Assembly: GCA_013265495.1 (NCBI GenBank)
Contig: MU061578.1
Span: 877,308 to 941,307, forward strand
Direction of reading: 5' to 3'
From: Vicugna vicugna
Lineage: Eukaryota
DNA: 64,000 nt
Shown here: positions 25,950 through 37,370 of the stretch, one piece after another
How the letters are laid out: each line of letters opens with the position of its first letter
Position numbering within the stretch: the first letter of the stretch is position 1
Notes under the pieces: model-generated
Told to the model about the DNA's origin: nothing
Seen by the model: only the letters and a program-made list of their open reading frames with translations
Database searches by the model: none
Position numbers and translations under genes: made by a program

Positions 25950-26170
25950 AGCCTGAGGTTAAAGCAAACTTCACACCTGGGCTCCCCTACCCAGTGTACG
26001 ATCAGGGGTGACTTTCCTTAAACCGAGCTCCTCTTTTCTCACCCGTAAAAATGGAAACATTAGAACCTGCCTCACAGGGCTGTATGTGAATTAAATGAGA
26101 TAATGCATTTAGAAGGGTTAGCCCGGCACAGAATAAGCACTCACTTAATTTAACCTTTATTACCACTATT
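25950..26170 (+). mobile_element. MIR SINE
   Basis: ttctcacccgtaaaaatgg...acctgcctcacagggctgtatgtgaattaaatgagataatgcatttagaa...ggcacagaataagcactca. Confidence 0.85.
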
Positions 26171-26639
26171 AGATAGCAGAGATCTGGCAAACCGCAAAAA
26201 GGAAAGGCGTTATTTCCACAAGCAATAGTGCAGAGAGGCGCTGTTAGGGTCTTTGTTCTATAAATCCTGCTTTTATTAGATGCAAATTACAACCAGGCTA
26301 GCTTTTTGGCAGTTTAAGTCTATCACTGACCCACACAGTCCTAAACCCGGGAGCCTTCTCTTCCGTGTGTGCTTGGCCCCAGGGCGAGCTAAGCCTGAAG
26401 ATAGTCCCTGAGCTGTTTACTCCATTCTAAGCTCAGGATCAGAACACGGAGCCGGTACATTTTCTGCTTAAAATTGGAACGATGAGATTGGTTAGAGAGC
26501 TGTCTGCTTCCTGTTATCTAGTCTGCCATCTTTTAAAAAATAATTAAACTGCTTAGATGAGCACCCAGAGATGTTCTGGGTGGGTAAGAGGATATATTTA
26601 TGGACAGATAACAGGTGACACCGAACAAACACTGCACAC

Positions 26640-26829
26640 CAGTGATTCTAACACCTCCGTGCAGATCAGAACTGCCCGGGTTACCTGTTGCAAAGGCACA
26701 TTCCTGCAGCTCAGGCCTCAGGGGTTCTGATTTCCCCAGCCTGCAGAGGGACCCAGGAATCCGCCTGTAATAAGTGTTCTGAGTGACTCAGAAGCAGGTG
26801 ATCCCCAGGGCGTGCTCTGAGAATCCAGA
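26640..26829. mobile_element. MER5B/MER5A-like hAT-Charlie MITE
   Basis: cagtgattct...cacattcctg...ggttctgatt...gggacccaggaatccgc...gcaggtgatcc...tctgagaa. Confidence 0.65.
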
Positions 26830-27239
26830 ATATGAGCTGGCTTTATAAAGGCAGACAGAACATTCCCGTTGAATCCGGGAAGCAGTAAAGTAGGATCATC
26901 ACGGTAACAGACTCCTAGAGGATCCCACCCAACACAAGGAGACAGGCCTCCTCAAATCAGTTAATTACAAACTGTGATGAGTCAGTACCTCAATTAGGGT
27001 TGGCAGGGGCAGGATTCTCTGAGGCTACGGTGTGTCAACAAGTAAATAAAATGGAAATATTGTAGTCAGTTGAATGCAAGTTGTTAAGTCCCTGGATGGT
27101 GGCAGATCCGTATTTAGACGCCATTCATCTCCAGATTCAAGTTCATCCTCAGTTAACTCTTACTAACTACGTGAAATATCTTGTTTTTGCTGTATGATGT
27201 CAGTTGTGTCAGTTGCTTTTGGCTAACTAAACAAGAGGT

Positions 27240-28005
27240 AATTTTCTGGCTGACAGAAACCAAAATATTTCACTCACTTCCTGACAACCATGCCCTTCAA
27301 GAAAGCTGAGCTTCTCCCCAATGCCAAGGGGGATAAATCTAGATTGCTTTATGTCCCTGGGTCTCAAAATCTTGTTCTGGGGCCAGCAGCATCCGCATCA
27401 CCCGGGAACTTAAACACACAGAATCTCAGGCCCCGCCCTAGTTCTGTTGAATCAGAAATTCTGGGAGTCAGGCCCAGCTGTGTTTTCTGTGTTTTCTCAT
27501 GCCCTCCAGGGAATTCTAAAGCACATTCAAGTATGAGAATCACTGTTCTAAGTCAATCTTAGGGAATGTCATTTCTTTTGCTAAGTGATTAAAGCAAACA
27601 GTAATCTGGCCAATGGGATGTCAGTAAAAATTTCTGGGAGAGGTGAATGGGCTCCTAGGGAGTTTTTTTAATAAGAAGGAAAATCCTAAAGGGGTATTTC
27701 CTGTTCTTTTCTGGAGTGTTATCATCTCTGTGTGTTGTCTGGAGCAATGGCAGCTATCTTGGGACCAGGAGGACTGCCAGCCTAAGAAGATAAATAGACA
27801 CAATGAGAATGGCAGAATGGTAGAGCAGAAATATAGCAAAAACCTGGAAACTTACTGATGTTGAATTGCTAAATTATCCGAATTAGTGGACCCTAGTACA
27901 GCCTCACCTTCTGAATTCTTAAGTGAGATCACACATGCCCTTCTGCTTAAGCTATTTTTAGTTGAGTTTCCAATTTCTTGCTGCTAAAAGGATCCAACCA
28001 ATACA
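27240..28005 (+). mobile_element. Old ERVL/MaLR LTR (MLT1K/L- or LTR16-like) with nested MER5A
   Basis: tggccaatgggatgt...tctggagcaatggcagctatcttgggacca...atggcagaatgg...gcttaagctatttttagttgagtttc...aaccaataca (CA end). The 5' boundary is uncertain. Confidence 0.65.
27355..27545 (+). mobile_element. MER5A hAT-Charlie MITE
   Basis: ccagcagcatccgcatcacccgggaactt...aggccccgccc...tgaatcagaaattctggg...tgagaatcactg. Confidence 0.85.
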
Positions 28006-28728
28006 CCATTTAAACATGATTCCTGCCCTTAACAAGTCACCAGTAGAAAATACAAGCCATTCAGTGGGTTGAAAAAAGGTAAAAAATAAATGTGAATATA
28101 TTGTGGCCTGTAATGGTTTACAAGAAAATGGACTAGAATAAAAGATAAGTCCCCAAACTATGCTGATTATATTTTCCAAACCAAATAGGATTTGGGAAAG
28201 ATTTCTTTGTTTGTGCTATTTCCAGGTGCAGGCAATAATTTGGAATGCCAAAACATTGCAATTTCTAGGTCATTTCCATGATTTACAGACACAACACAGT
28301 AGCATATTTGAAACTGGAGCTGTCCCCCCAAAACCCAAGCTGAATGGCTGCCACATCAGTAACTTTTCCAATTAACAGCTGAAATTGTAAATGATTCCGC
28401 AAGCTGGAGGAAATGCTTTAATCTGGCAACAGGGAATGTATAATCATCTGTGGCTTGGCTTTTTTATGTATTGCACTGTAACAGGTCTTTGGAAATTCTT
28501 CCTTCAACCACAATTTTCAAGTTGCCAGAGAAGAAGAGAAGAATGGAAGCAAATATCTTCTTGCACAAAATGGCGAGTGCCAAGTAACTGCCCATACCGA
28601 GTGAAGCCAGAGGAGCCCTGGACTTGCCCCAGGATGTCTGTCTCAAAGTGTAAGAACAATTGGTGTTCATCCCCAAATTCACAATCTAGCAAGCAGAGAT
28701 TACTACTGATATTAAAACCCAAGGCCAA

Positions 28729-28823
28729 ATCCATCCATCCTTCTGTCTGTCCATCCATCCATCCATCCATCCATCCATCCATCCATATCCATCCATCCAT
28801 CCATCTACCCATCCATGTATCCA
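28729..28823. repeat. (CCAT)n microsatellite, the expanded tail of an antisense L2
   Basis: Multiple consecutive ccat units are visible directly. Confidence 0.85.
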
Positions 28824-28862
28824 TTGTTTTAATCGTTCAGCAGATACTTAATAAATGCCTAC

Positions 28863-29320
28863 TCCAGGCCACAAGGCTCAAGATGGTGGGAGGTTTGACT
28901 TCTGGTAGACCTTGAGCTTCATTCTATGCTCATTGTAATATACGAACATGGTAAATGGCACTCCCACAGGCGCCATGACATCTTTGAGACTGACCATAAA
29001 AGATCAAAGAGTGGGTGGTGGCCCAGTTCCTGGGAATCCCAGCCCCTTCCCCAGGGTAGTTGGAATGGTCCTCCCACTTATTAGCATACGAAGCTACCGA
29101 GCCCATAAAAACTGGCAACACCACGCCTCTTGGACGCCTCTCTCGCTCCCTCGTCTTCGGAGACGGCCCACACTCTGTCTATGGAGTGTGTACCTACTTT
29201 TACTTTAACCTGAGCACCCAACCCCCACACCTCATGCCTTTCTCTTGCCTTCTGAAGCAGCCTACACTCTATGTAGTATGTATCTCTCTAAATCTATCTT
29301 TACTCAAAAAAAAAAAAAAA
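28863..29320 (+). mobile_element. MER41-like ERV1 LTR fragment (U3-R) with poly(A) tail and L1-type TSD, inserted in L2
   Basis: cactcccacaggcgccatgaca, cagttcctgggaa, ttagcata, cataaaaactggcaac and ctctgtctatggagt are collinear with recalled MER41 LTRs. A15 at 29306-29320. Flanks aataaatgcctac (28850-28862) and aaaaaaagcctac (29314-29326). Confidence 0.75.
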
Positions 29321-30420
29321 GCCTACACTGTGACAGGCACTCCAAGGATACAGTAACAGACTAAAATATCTTCCCTGGTGGAGCTGACATACTAGTGGGG
29401 AAAGACAGACACAAACCAATGAAAAACCGAAGCATATTGTGTATCATATGGTGGTCAGTGAGTTACGTGGCCAAATGTGGCCAAACAGGATGAATGGGAA
29501 TGAGCAGAGGTCTGATCTTAATGGAGGGGTCAGGGAAGTCCTGTCTGAAAAGATGATACATGAGCATATTTGAGAGGGAATGTGAGTATAACCCACTCTG
29601 TCTATCTCAGAAGATTGACAGGGGGAGATCTGAGGAATGGATGTTCCAGGACATTGTGGGGAAGTGAGCAGCTGGGCACAGAGTAGACTGAACCAGTGGC
29701 ATAGCAGGTGGCAAGCCACAGAATCAGACAATTCTTGTATTCATGTGACTGTTAGAGGCATGTTCTTTGCAGGCTCTGAGGATGCACTAGGGTGCTTAAG
29801 ACACCAGAGCCCTGCATTTATAATACACATGATCTGGTGGAAGAGACACATGGTGCACACCGGGAAGAGAAGTACGGAAAGTTAGTTGTCGCCTAGAACA
29901 AGGAGTCTTATTCTGATTTGAAGAGTCAATCAGAGGGTCTATTCCTAGACAAGTGATGTCTGAGCCAAAGAATGTTGACTATAAGAGCTAGCCAGGGACC
30001 TGAGTGGGGACTGGGGGCTGTAGCATCCCAGGCAGTGGGGGAAAGCATGTGCAAATGTCCTGTGGCAGAAATATTGTGGCTAGTGAAGGGACTGAGGGGT
30101 GTCTGTCTGGTTGGCCATGAGAAGGTGGGGGGAGTGTAATGAAGTTATAGAGGCTATTAGATCATAGCAAAGATCTTGATCTTAACACTGAAAGTTTTTG
30201 TTTTTGTTTTTGTTTTTAATTAAGATCATTTTGGCTGTTGGTTGGGAGGCTGTGTGCTTACTAGGAGAACCAACTGGCCTGAAGCCCAGAAGAAAGGGGT
30301 TTGCTTCCAGATGTTTCTGGGAGGACCAGGAAGGGCCCCGTCAGGCTGAGACCATGAGAACAGCTGACAGTATAAGGGTAGCAGAGACACGCTCCTTGAA
30401 CTGGGGAAAGGAGCACTGGT
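29321..30420 (-). mobile_element. L2 LINE fragments (continuation of the L2 starting ~28730, plus a second piece)
   Basis: gcctacactgtgacaggcact...ggagctgacatactagtgggg...ggtcagggaagtcctgtctga...gcatgtgcaaatgtcctgtggcag...aagatcattttggctg. Confidence 0.7.
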
Positions 30421-32364
30421 TCCTGCTGTTAAAAACAATTTACAAAGAATATTCACAATCAAAAGTAGGTTGAAGGTAAAGAAACAGAGGCCCAGAGAGC
30501 TCCAGGGACTTCCGCAAGGTCACAGCATCAGGAAATCCGGCCACCGTTCCATTTAATTAAACAGGAGAGAAGAATACAAGGTGAGGTCTATTTACCCACG
30601 AGTAGATGTGTGTGTGCACATGCACATGTGTGTGTGTCTTCCACTCATGCAAGGCTAATGCCACGAAAATGAGATTGACAAACAAACTCTATTTTGAAAT
30701 CATCATTTTTGGAAACAAGAACTAGGTCACCACTGTCAGGAGGCCAGAGGCCCAGGACACGGACACAAAGAATGAATTTGCTATTTGATGATCCTGAGGT
30801 CTGTTGCTTGACCTCCTGGATATCTGGGGCTACTTACTTATAGGCATGGCACCACTGTCTGAATGATAAAACAGGCATTCTCTCCCAGTGGATGGATTGC
30901 CAAAAGGTGCCCCTTCCTCCAGGCTGATGGACTCATGCACCAGCACAGAAGGGCTTGAACAGAAGACCTAAAGTTGATTTTCATGCCCCCCACTTTCTGA
31001 GGACCAAGGGGTCTTCAGATCCCTTGAGCAGAGCACTGCATAGGTGGTGACCCTCTGAACACCCATCGTTCTCAGGAGGGTGGGCATCCCAGGATGACCA
31101 TCCAGTGGTCCCAAGGCAGGCAGAGGAGGTGGAATGCATGTCAAGGCGTTTTCTCCCAGCCACAATGCCTTCTGGCCTACAGGTCTCAAAATCAATTTGG
31201 AAATTCCTACTCTGAACAGGGGACACAAGGATTTTGTTACACCGAACAGGTTAGAGCACGGAGGGACTCGGGTCCCTTGGCAGACGCTGCTGGGAGTTGG
31301 AGATGCACGTCATGTCTTGTGTTTACAGTTTTTCAGCGGAGTACTTCGTGTTTGCTTTGGAATTAATCCAGGCCCATAAAATGAGGGCTGTGTCAACAGA
31401 GCAGATGTGCTGGAGAGACTATATGTTAAAAGGTGATTCGCTTCACAGTGAGGACCCGCCCACAAGCTGGAGACTGAAGCAGGTGTCTTTGGATTTTCCT
31501 AGGAGAGGAGAGGCCCTTCCTGGACATGAAATACTGAGGGGTGGGTTGGAGGGGGAGTGGTACCTAATGCAGAGGAGCTGTGAAAGGAACAGATTTTGTA
31601 GTTGGACCAGCTACAGGATTTCTAGGTCTGGTACAAAAGAAAAAAGTGGGGCCCTACGTATAATTAAAAATGGATTAAGAATATTCGTCTTCTTGGAATT
31701 ATTAAAAATAATTCAAAAATTATTAAGAACTTCCAGCAGCCTGTTAGACAATATCTGGGGTCCTTCAAGCCCAGAGCCCTGTGTGGTCCTATAGAGCACG
31801 TGCCCATGAAACTGGCCTTGCTCCCAATAAAAGGGATTCAATCTGACCTTTCCAAAAGGGGGATGTTCGTAGTATTGACTGAACAGGGTTGTTGTAAGAA
31901 TCAAAGGAAGGAATGAACCTAAGACTTCACACTGGCCCCTCGTCTCAATAATGTTAGTTATTATCATTGGTTAAAGTGTGAACAGGATCTCATATCATCC
32001 AAACAAAATGCCCATATCTGTATAAATATTTACTGTTTCTTCGCCAACAGCTCTGAGGTCTGTTCAATTCCTGCAGAGAAAACAAGGCTAGATAAAAGCA
32101 AAGCAAAGCACATTCCAAAGAGCTGGAAGAATGCGAAATATCAAACACAAAGAAGGTAAAATATCTGAGGAAAGCATATTTGGGTATTGCAAAGGGAAAG
32201 AAAATGATCATATGTGAGCTAAGACCTAACCATCGGGTAGGTTGTGGGGCTCAGAAAAGAGAATTTCTAATCGAGATCTAACCGTGCCTAATAGTTGATT
32301 CTAGCTGTTTGTTTGAAGGACACCTCCCCATTTCAGTTAAAAACTAAAATATGTCCCTTCTGGA

Positions 32365-32474
32365 TCTTTAGCTCCAAGATGGAAGACACTACCACTGTCT
32401 TGTTCATTGTCACCAGCATCATACCTATCACATCGTTAGTGCCCCATAAATAGCTCTTGAATGAATGAATGAAC
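32365..32474 (+). mobile_element. L2 3' end
   Basis: agctccaagatgg...tgtcttgttcattgt...cataaatagctcttgaatgaatgaatgaa. Confidence 0.75.
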
Positions 32475-33219
32475 TCCTAAGCAGAACACAGAAAGACGGG
32501 CTTCAGTATAGGGAAGGGGTTGGCCAAGGGCGGACCCTCCACAGACAGCGTGGGAAGAGGACAGTGATCTTCACTCTACAGCACTATAGTCCCTGGTGGA
32601 GCTGTCCTGGGTCCATCCTAGCCTTAAGGATTTCCTTAGGACCCAGAAAGTCAAAAAGAAGAGAAAAATACAGATTGGCAATTACATGTGTTCATGCTAG
32701 CAATATGTAGGTCAAAAGATGGTTGGATCTAGGCTGAGGCAAAAATGCATTCCTCTGTCAGATCTCAAGTTCCATGCAAATGTTTGCTATTCAATAGTCA
32801 AGAGTTTTGGGTGGGTGGTGTTTGTCTTTTTAAGTTCTTGATCTAACCAGTTGATTTCATACATCTCTGCATAGCTCGTCTTCATGCACCAATGCAGAGG
32901 GTATAATCCAAAAGGTGGCTTTAATTCACACTTTCTAGCATGGATGGGAATTCTGGGTTGTATGAACCCAATTTGATCATATCTGTAAGAGCCTGTAAAT
33001 GCATATGGCTGGGAAATAGGGCAAGGGGAAAAGGATAAAACATGAATTTAACCTAAAAGCATGGGAGACTATCTTCCAGTGAAATGATACAATTGCAGGA
33101 GACTCCAGCAAGACACTGGTCAAGGAGGTCCATCCCGGGAGCTGCGGGTCTAGTTCCATCTCTAGCGTTCCATCTACTGACCTGACGGTCTTCCTCACTT
33201 GTCATTGACTATGGTTTTC

Positions 33220-34162
33220 TTAATCATGCCTTTCTCCCTTTCAAGACGCCAACCCTTCCTCCACATCTTCCTTGCGGGACAAATTCTGCCCTTCTTTGAA
33301 GATTCTTTCAGAGGATATCCATACTAGGAAGTAATCCATAGAGCTAAAGGCCATCCTCTGTGCTTCCTAATTTCATCAAAGTGCTTGATACTTAAATCAT
33401 TGGTTAATATGACCTCCAACTCAATAGCCTGGGAATTTTCCAAGGACAAGGATGTTGCCTGCGTGCATGCATCCTTCATGTCTAGAACAGTGCTTGGCAT
33501 AAAGTGGATGTTTATAACACGTTTTTGAAACCATATGCTGTACCTGTTCAGCAAAGCAGTTTTTGTCTTTCTGAAGCTCCTGGCTGACTGCAATATACCC
33601 AAGAGCTCCTGGGGGGTGGGGGCTGTCCTAGCCCACTCCTCAGTCCTTGCCCTATACTTAATGCTTAATGCCCTCCAATGGGTCCCTATTCTTAAGGGAA
33701 GGTCATAACTCCTGATCATGACCTGTAAGGCCCTGCCTGCCCCCTACATGTCCTAAATTGACTTGGGTTACTCTCCAGCTCCAGTATAAGGATAATGACC
33801 TCTTTTTTACTTACCAGTGTCCTTCCTACCACGGGCCCTTTGCACATGCCAATCTTACTGCCTGAGATGCTATTCTCATCCCTCTTTTACAGCTTGATAT
33901 TAATATGTTTTCACTCTCCGATGTCAACTCCAACATCAGTTCCTTCAGAAAGCCCTCCCTGACCAACCCAAATGGAACTTGTGGCATGTATTTCTGTTGC
34001 AATTTTACATTTATTTTTCTGATTATTTTATTCAAGTCTGTTTTTCCCACTAGACTATAAGATTATGTAATCTTATAAAAAAGATTACACATATTTTGCT
34101 CACTTTTAGATCCTCAGCAACATAGAAAGTGCTCAATATATTTAGCTGAGTGAATAAATAAA
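33220..34162 (+). mobile_element. L2 LINE fragments (two 3' ends, at ~33530 and ~34160)
   Basis: tctagaacagtgcttggcataaagtgg; gggccctttgcacatgc...ccttcagaaagccctccctgacc...cccactagact...gtgctcaatatatttagctgagtgaataaat. Confidence 0.7.
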
Positions 34163-34439
34163 GACATCGATCGGGACCTTTCCATAGATAAGACTCCAGA
34201 TCCAGCATATTGACAATTTATTTTGTGTGTGTTACTGATAATAGAGTAATAGGAAGAACAAACATTTGCATTCCAATGCCAGAGAACCAAGTTAACCGCT
34301 TCCAATATGAAGCAATCAGCCATTCTAGGCAGGATGGGGCAGACCGGGCACCTTCTCTTGTTCTGAGATCTTAGTACAATTCAGATCACCTACATACTAA
34401 TGTGGGCCGATTCATTCTCAAATGATGTGTTTTTCGTGG

Positions 34440-34900
34440 AAATTGTCAAGCTACGTTGTTACCCTAAATAGAATATTACTAAAGTGCTTTAACCAAGCCA
34501 GCTGGAAGGCCTGACATTTTATCCATATTGTTATTTATATACATATTTACAGCTGCCACCTGCCTGTAACTTGGCTGTATCATAAAGCAGTGCCGTTCCC
34601 CTGTTTCATTACACTCTGACATTTTGCTATAACTGCATTGTTTCCCATTCCTTACTTTCCAATTGCTCTGCAGCCACTCTTGAATTATATTGTCTTGGTA
34701 ATAGAATAAGAATCTTTCTCTCTTGCACTACCAGTCTCTCCATCTCCCTCTCTGTTCCTCTCCCTCCCCACCCCCCTCCCATACCCAGATGGTGCAAATC
34801 GTTGCTGGCACACGTAACAATTACAGCACAGCTTCTGCTGCTTAAATGAACCCCCACAACCCCCACTGCATTAGATTAGATTAGGGAATTGGGAAGTGAG
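34440..34900. promoter_or_regulatory. Candidate conserved non-coding element
   Basis: Repeat-free, AT-rich block with E-boxes (cagctg, cacctg, cagatg), tgaca half-sites, cataaa and aattac. Function is inferred. Confidence 0.35.
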
Positions 34901-36167
34901 CAGGAGGGCTGGCCAGTGGTCTCCACTGAAGCCGATGGCTATTTGGTGGTGCCTCTCCAGGATGGGAAATGAATGTTTCCTTCCTCAGAATGGTTCTGGG
35001 AGCCTCTCTTCCAGAAAGAGAAGGCAGGAAGGAAAGCCAACTCAATTAAAGGCAAGTAGGTTTAATTTCAAAATGTTAGCATAGTCCCATCTAAGAGAAG
35101 ATGGGCAGCTCACTTGGAATGTAAAAGCTGGACTCCGAGAGCAAGGGGGAAGCATGAGGGTAGGGCTCTCACAAGCTAATGTGTTAAGCTGCACTGTGCA
35201 GTCCTGTGCACCCACTCCATGGTCTCTAGCATACGATGGATGCATAGAAGGGCCAGCCCACCCAAGTTCACTTCTCCATCACTTCCGCCAGCCAGGTTAA
35301 GGGAGCGGGGCCTTCCCTCCAATTTCCTAACTGTCTCAGTCAAAAGACATGACTTCCTGCATTCACTGCAAGGAAGAAGCATGCTTTCAAGGCATCCCCT
35401 GCAGGATTTGCACAGAATCAGTGCATAACAAAAGCTCACGGAACTGAGTGGAATTCAATCTAATTTTAATATCTAAGGTCCTGCCCAAACAAGTCTCCCT
35501 AGAAATCCCAGACGTCTGGTGTCCCCCCTCCTCCCTCAGAATGTGCATCCCCCTCCCCCAGGACACTGGCTGCCCTATGCAGGATTCTTCTCCCCAAAGG
35601 CCTTAACCGTCAGTCTGTACTTCCTGGCTGGCCAGTCTCCTCCATGTCACTCCGGGATTCTCAGCTGCCTCTGGGTTTACTACTCAGAAGCAAAGCCCAG
35701 GTCTTATCTCATCAGAGCAGTAATTGAAGGAGGCAGTTGCCTCCGTTTCACAGGGAGAGGCCTCTTCTCAGGCTGGCCTTTGAGCTACCAAACTACACTC
35801 TAGATTCCTGCCCTGAACCCACCTGCTCTCTTGTTCTCGCACTGCAGGTGTCCAAGTCCATGAACCGGTGCTCCCCCGCCCCAACTCCGCAAGCTCGGGT
35901 CCCTGAATCCTACTGCTGTCACTGAGCCCCATCAGTGTCTAGTGGGATTGCCAGTCTCTCAACCTCAAAACCCCCTCTAACAGCCTAAAGACCTCATCGT
36001 TAACATACATGCCTGCCCTCAGTAGGCAATTAATAGTTGCCAATGCCCTCCCCCTCACTTTAAATACATGAGGAGAACTGAAAAAGTGGAGGGCTCCCGT
36101 GGCGAGCATTCAGAGTCCCAGACATGCTAGCAATTCCCTTTTCACCTTAAGAAGCTCACCCAGGCTC

Positions 36168-36529
36168 TGCTGTAATCTGAATGCGTGAGCCCCCGGCCAC
36201 ATTCATGTGCTGAAATCCTAACCCTCAATATGATGGTGTTAGGAGGTGGGGCCTTCAGTAGGTGACTTGGTCACAAGGATGGAGCCCCCATGAATGAGAT
36301 TAGTGCCCTTATAAGAGAGACCCCACAGGGCCCCCTCACCCCTTCTGCCATGTGAGGACGCAGAAAGGAGACGGCCGTCTGTGAACCAGGCAGCAGATCC
36401 TCACCAACCCTCACTCTGCCATCATCTTGACCTTGGACTTCCAGCCTCCAGAGCTCTGAGAAATAAATTTCTGTTGTATATAAGCCACCCAGACTGTGGG
36501 ATTCTGTTACAGTTCCCAAGGGACTAACA
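36168..36529 (+). mobile_element. MLT1A0-like MaLR solo LTR, full length
   Basis: TG...CA ends, AATAAA near the 3' end, perfect 5-bp TSD GGCTC (36163-36167 / 36530-36534), and typical MLT1A text (gagccccca-tgaatgagattagtgcccttataa). Confidence 0.92.
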
Positions 36530-37159
36530 GGCTCCCGGGACCATAGTCTCTTCAACTATAACCCAAAGGGGTTACTTTCAAGTCCTTACAGAGTTAATAT
36601 TCTCCGGGGGGCAAGATTTATTTTCCACGGGCACTTCTGTTTGAACTGGCTCCCTCTGATTCTCTCCTTTATGGACACTTTAGACTGGGTGCCTTCCTTC
36701 CTCCCCCTCTCCCTCCTCTCCTTTCTTTCCTTCTTTCCTCTCTACCCACCTTTGGCAGTTCCCTCAGGGTTCTCCAAATACAATCATCCCTGCCGTCAAT
36801 TTCCCTCTTGCATCTTTCACCCGATCCTCTCCCGTCAGCGGCGAGGATGATAAATAGGGTCTGAAATCCGCGCCCAGAAAGGCCGGACGAGGCTGTCGCC
36901 CTGAGTGCCTCCCCCGCAGGGTCTTTCTCTCCCCTCTGATGCTGCACCGCCCTTGTACCCGAGCCAGAGATAACAATTCCCCACTGCTCCCTGCTCTCGT
37001 GTTTTAATAGCTTTCCTCCTCAAATGCCTTCAAACGCCTCACATTTCATACTTACAGTCTTAGATGTCATCAGAGCCAGCCCCCTGAAGCATTTCTCTTC
37101 ACGGTGCAGAGGCGGTGCTTTCACTTGCTGGATGAGACAAACACGTCTCTTTCTCCCCA

Positions 37160-37370
37160 GCAAACGCATCCACTCAACAAGTTGTCCCTGGGAACCTACT
37201 GCGTGCCAGCCCCTGTTCTAGGCACAACGTGGGTGGGGAGAACACAGGCCTGAGTCTAGTAGGGATTTAAAGTCTCCTGAGGGTGAGGTGAAGAGATGGT
37301 CCCAAGCAAGGAAATACATCAACAGAGCAATTTAGGAACACAGCAAAACTACAGCAGAGGGTGATGGAAT
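37160..37370 (-). mobile_element. L2 fragment
   Basis: catccactcaacaag...gaacctactgcgtgccagcccctgttctaggcac. Confidence 0.6.

Noticed and set aside
28391..28915. 174-aa ORF with IHPS repeats
   Set aside because: The repeats are the translation of the (CCAT)n microsatellite/L2 tail.
20497..34596. Shared 12-mer aaagcagtgccg in two candidate enhancers
   Set aside because: Many repeated 12-mers are expected by chance in 64 kb.
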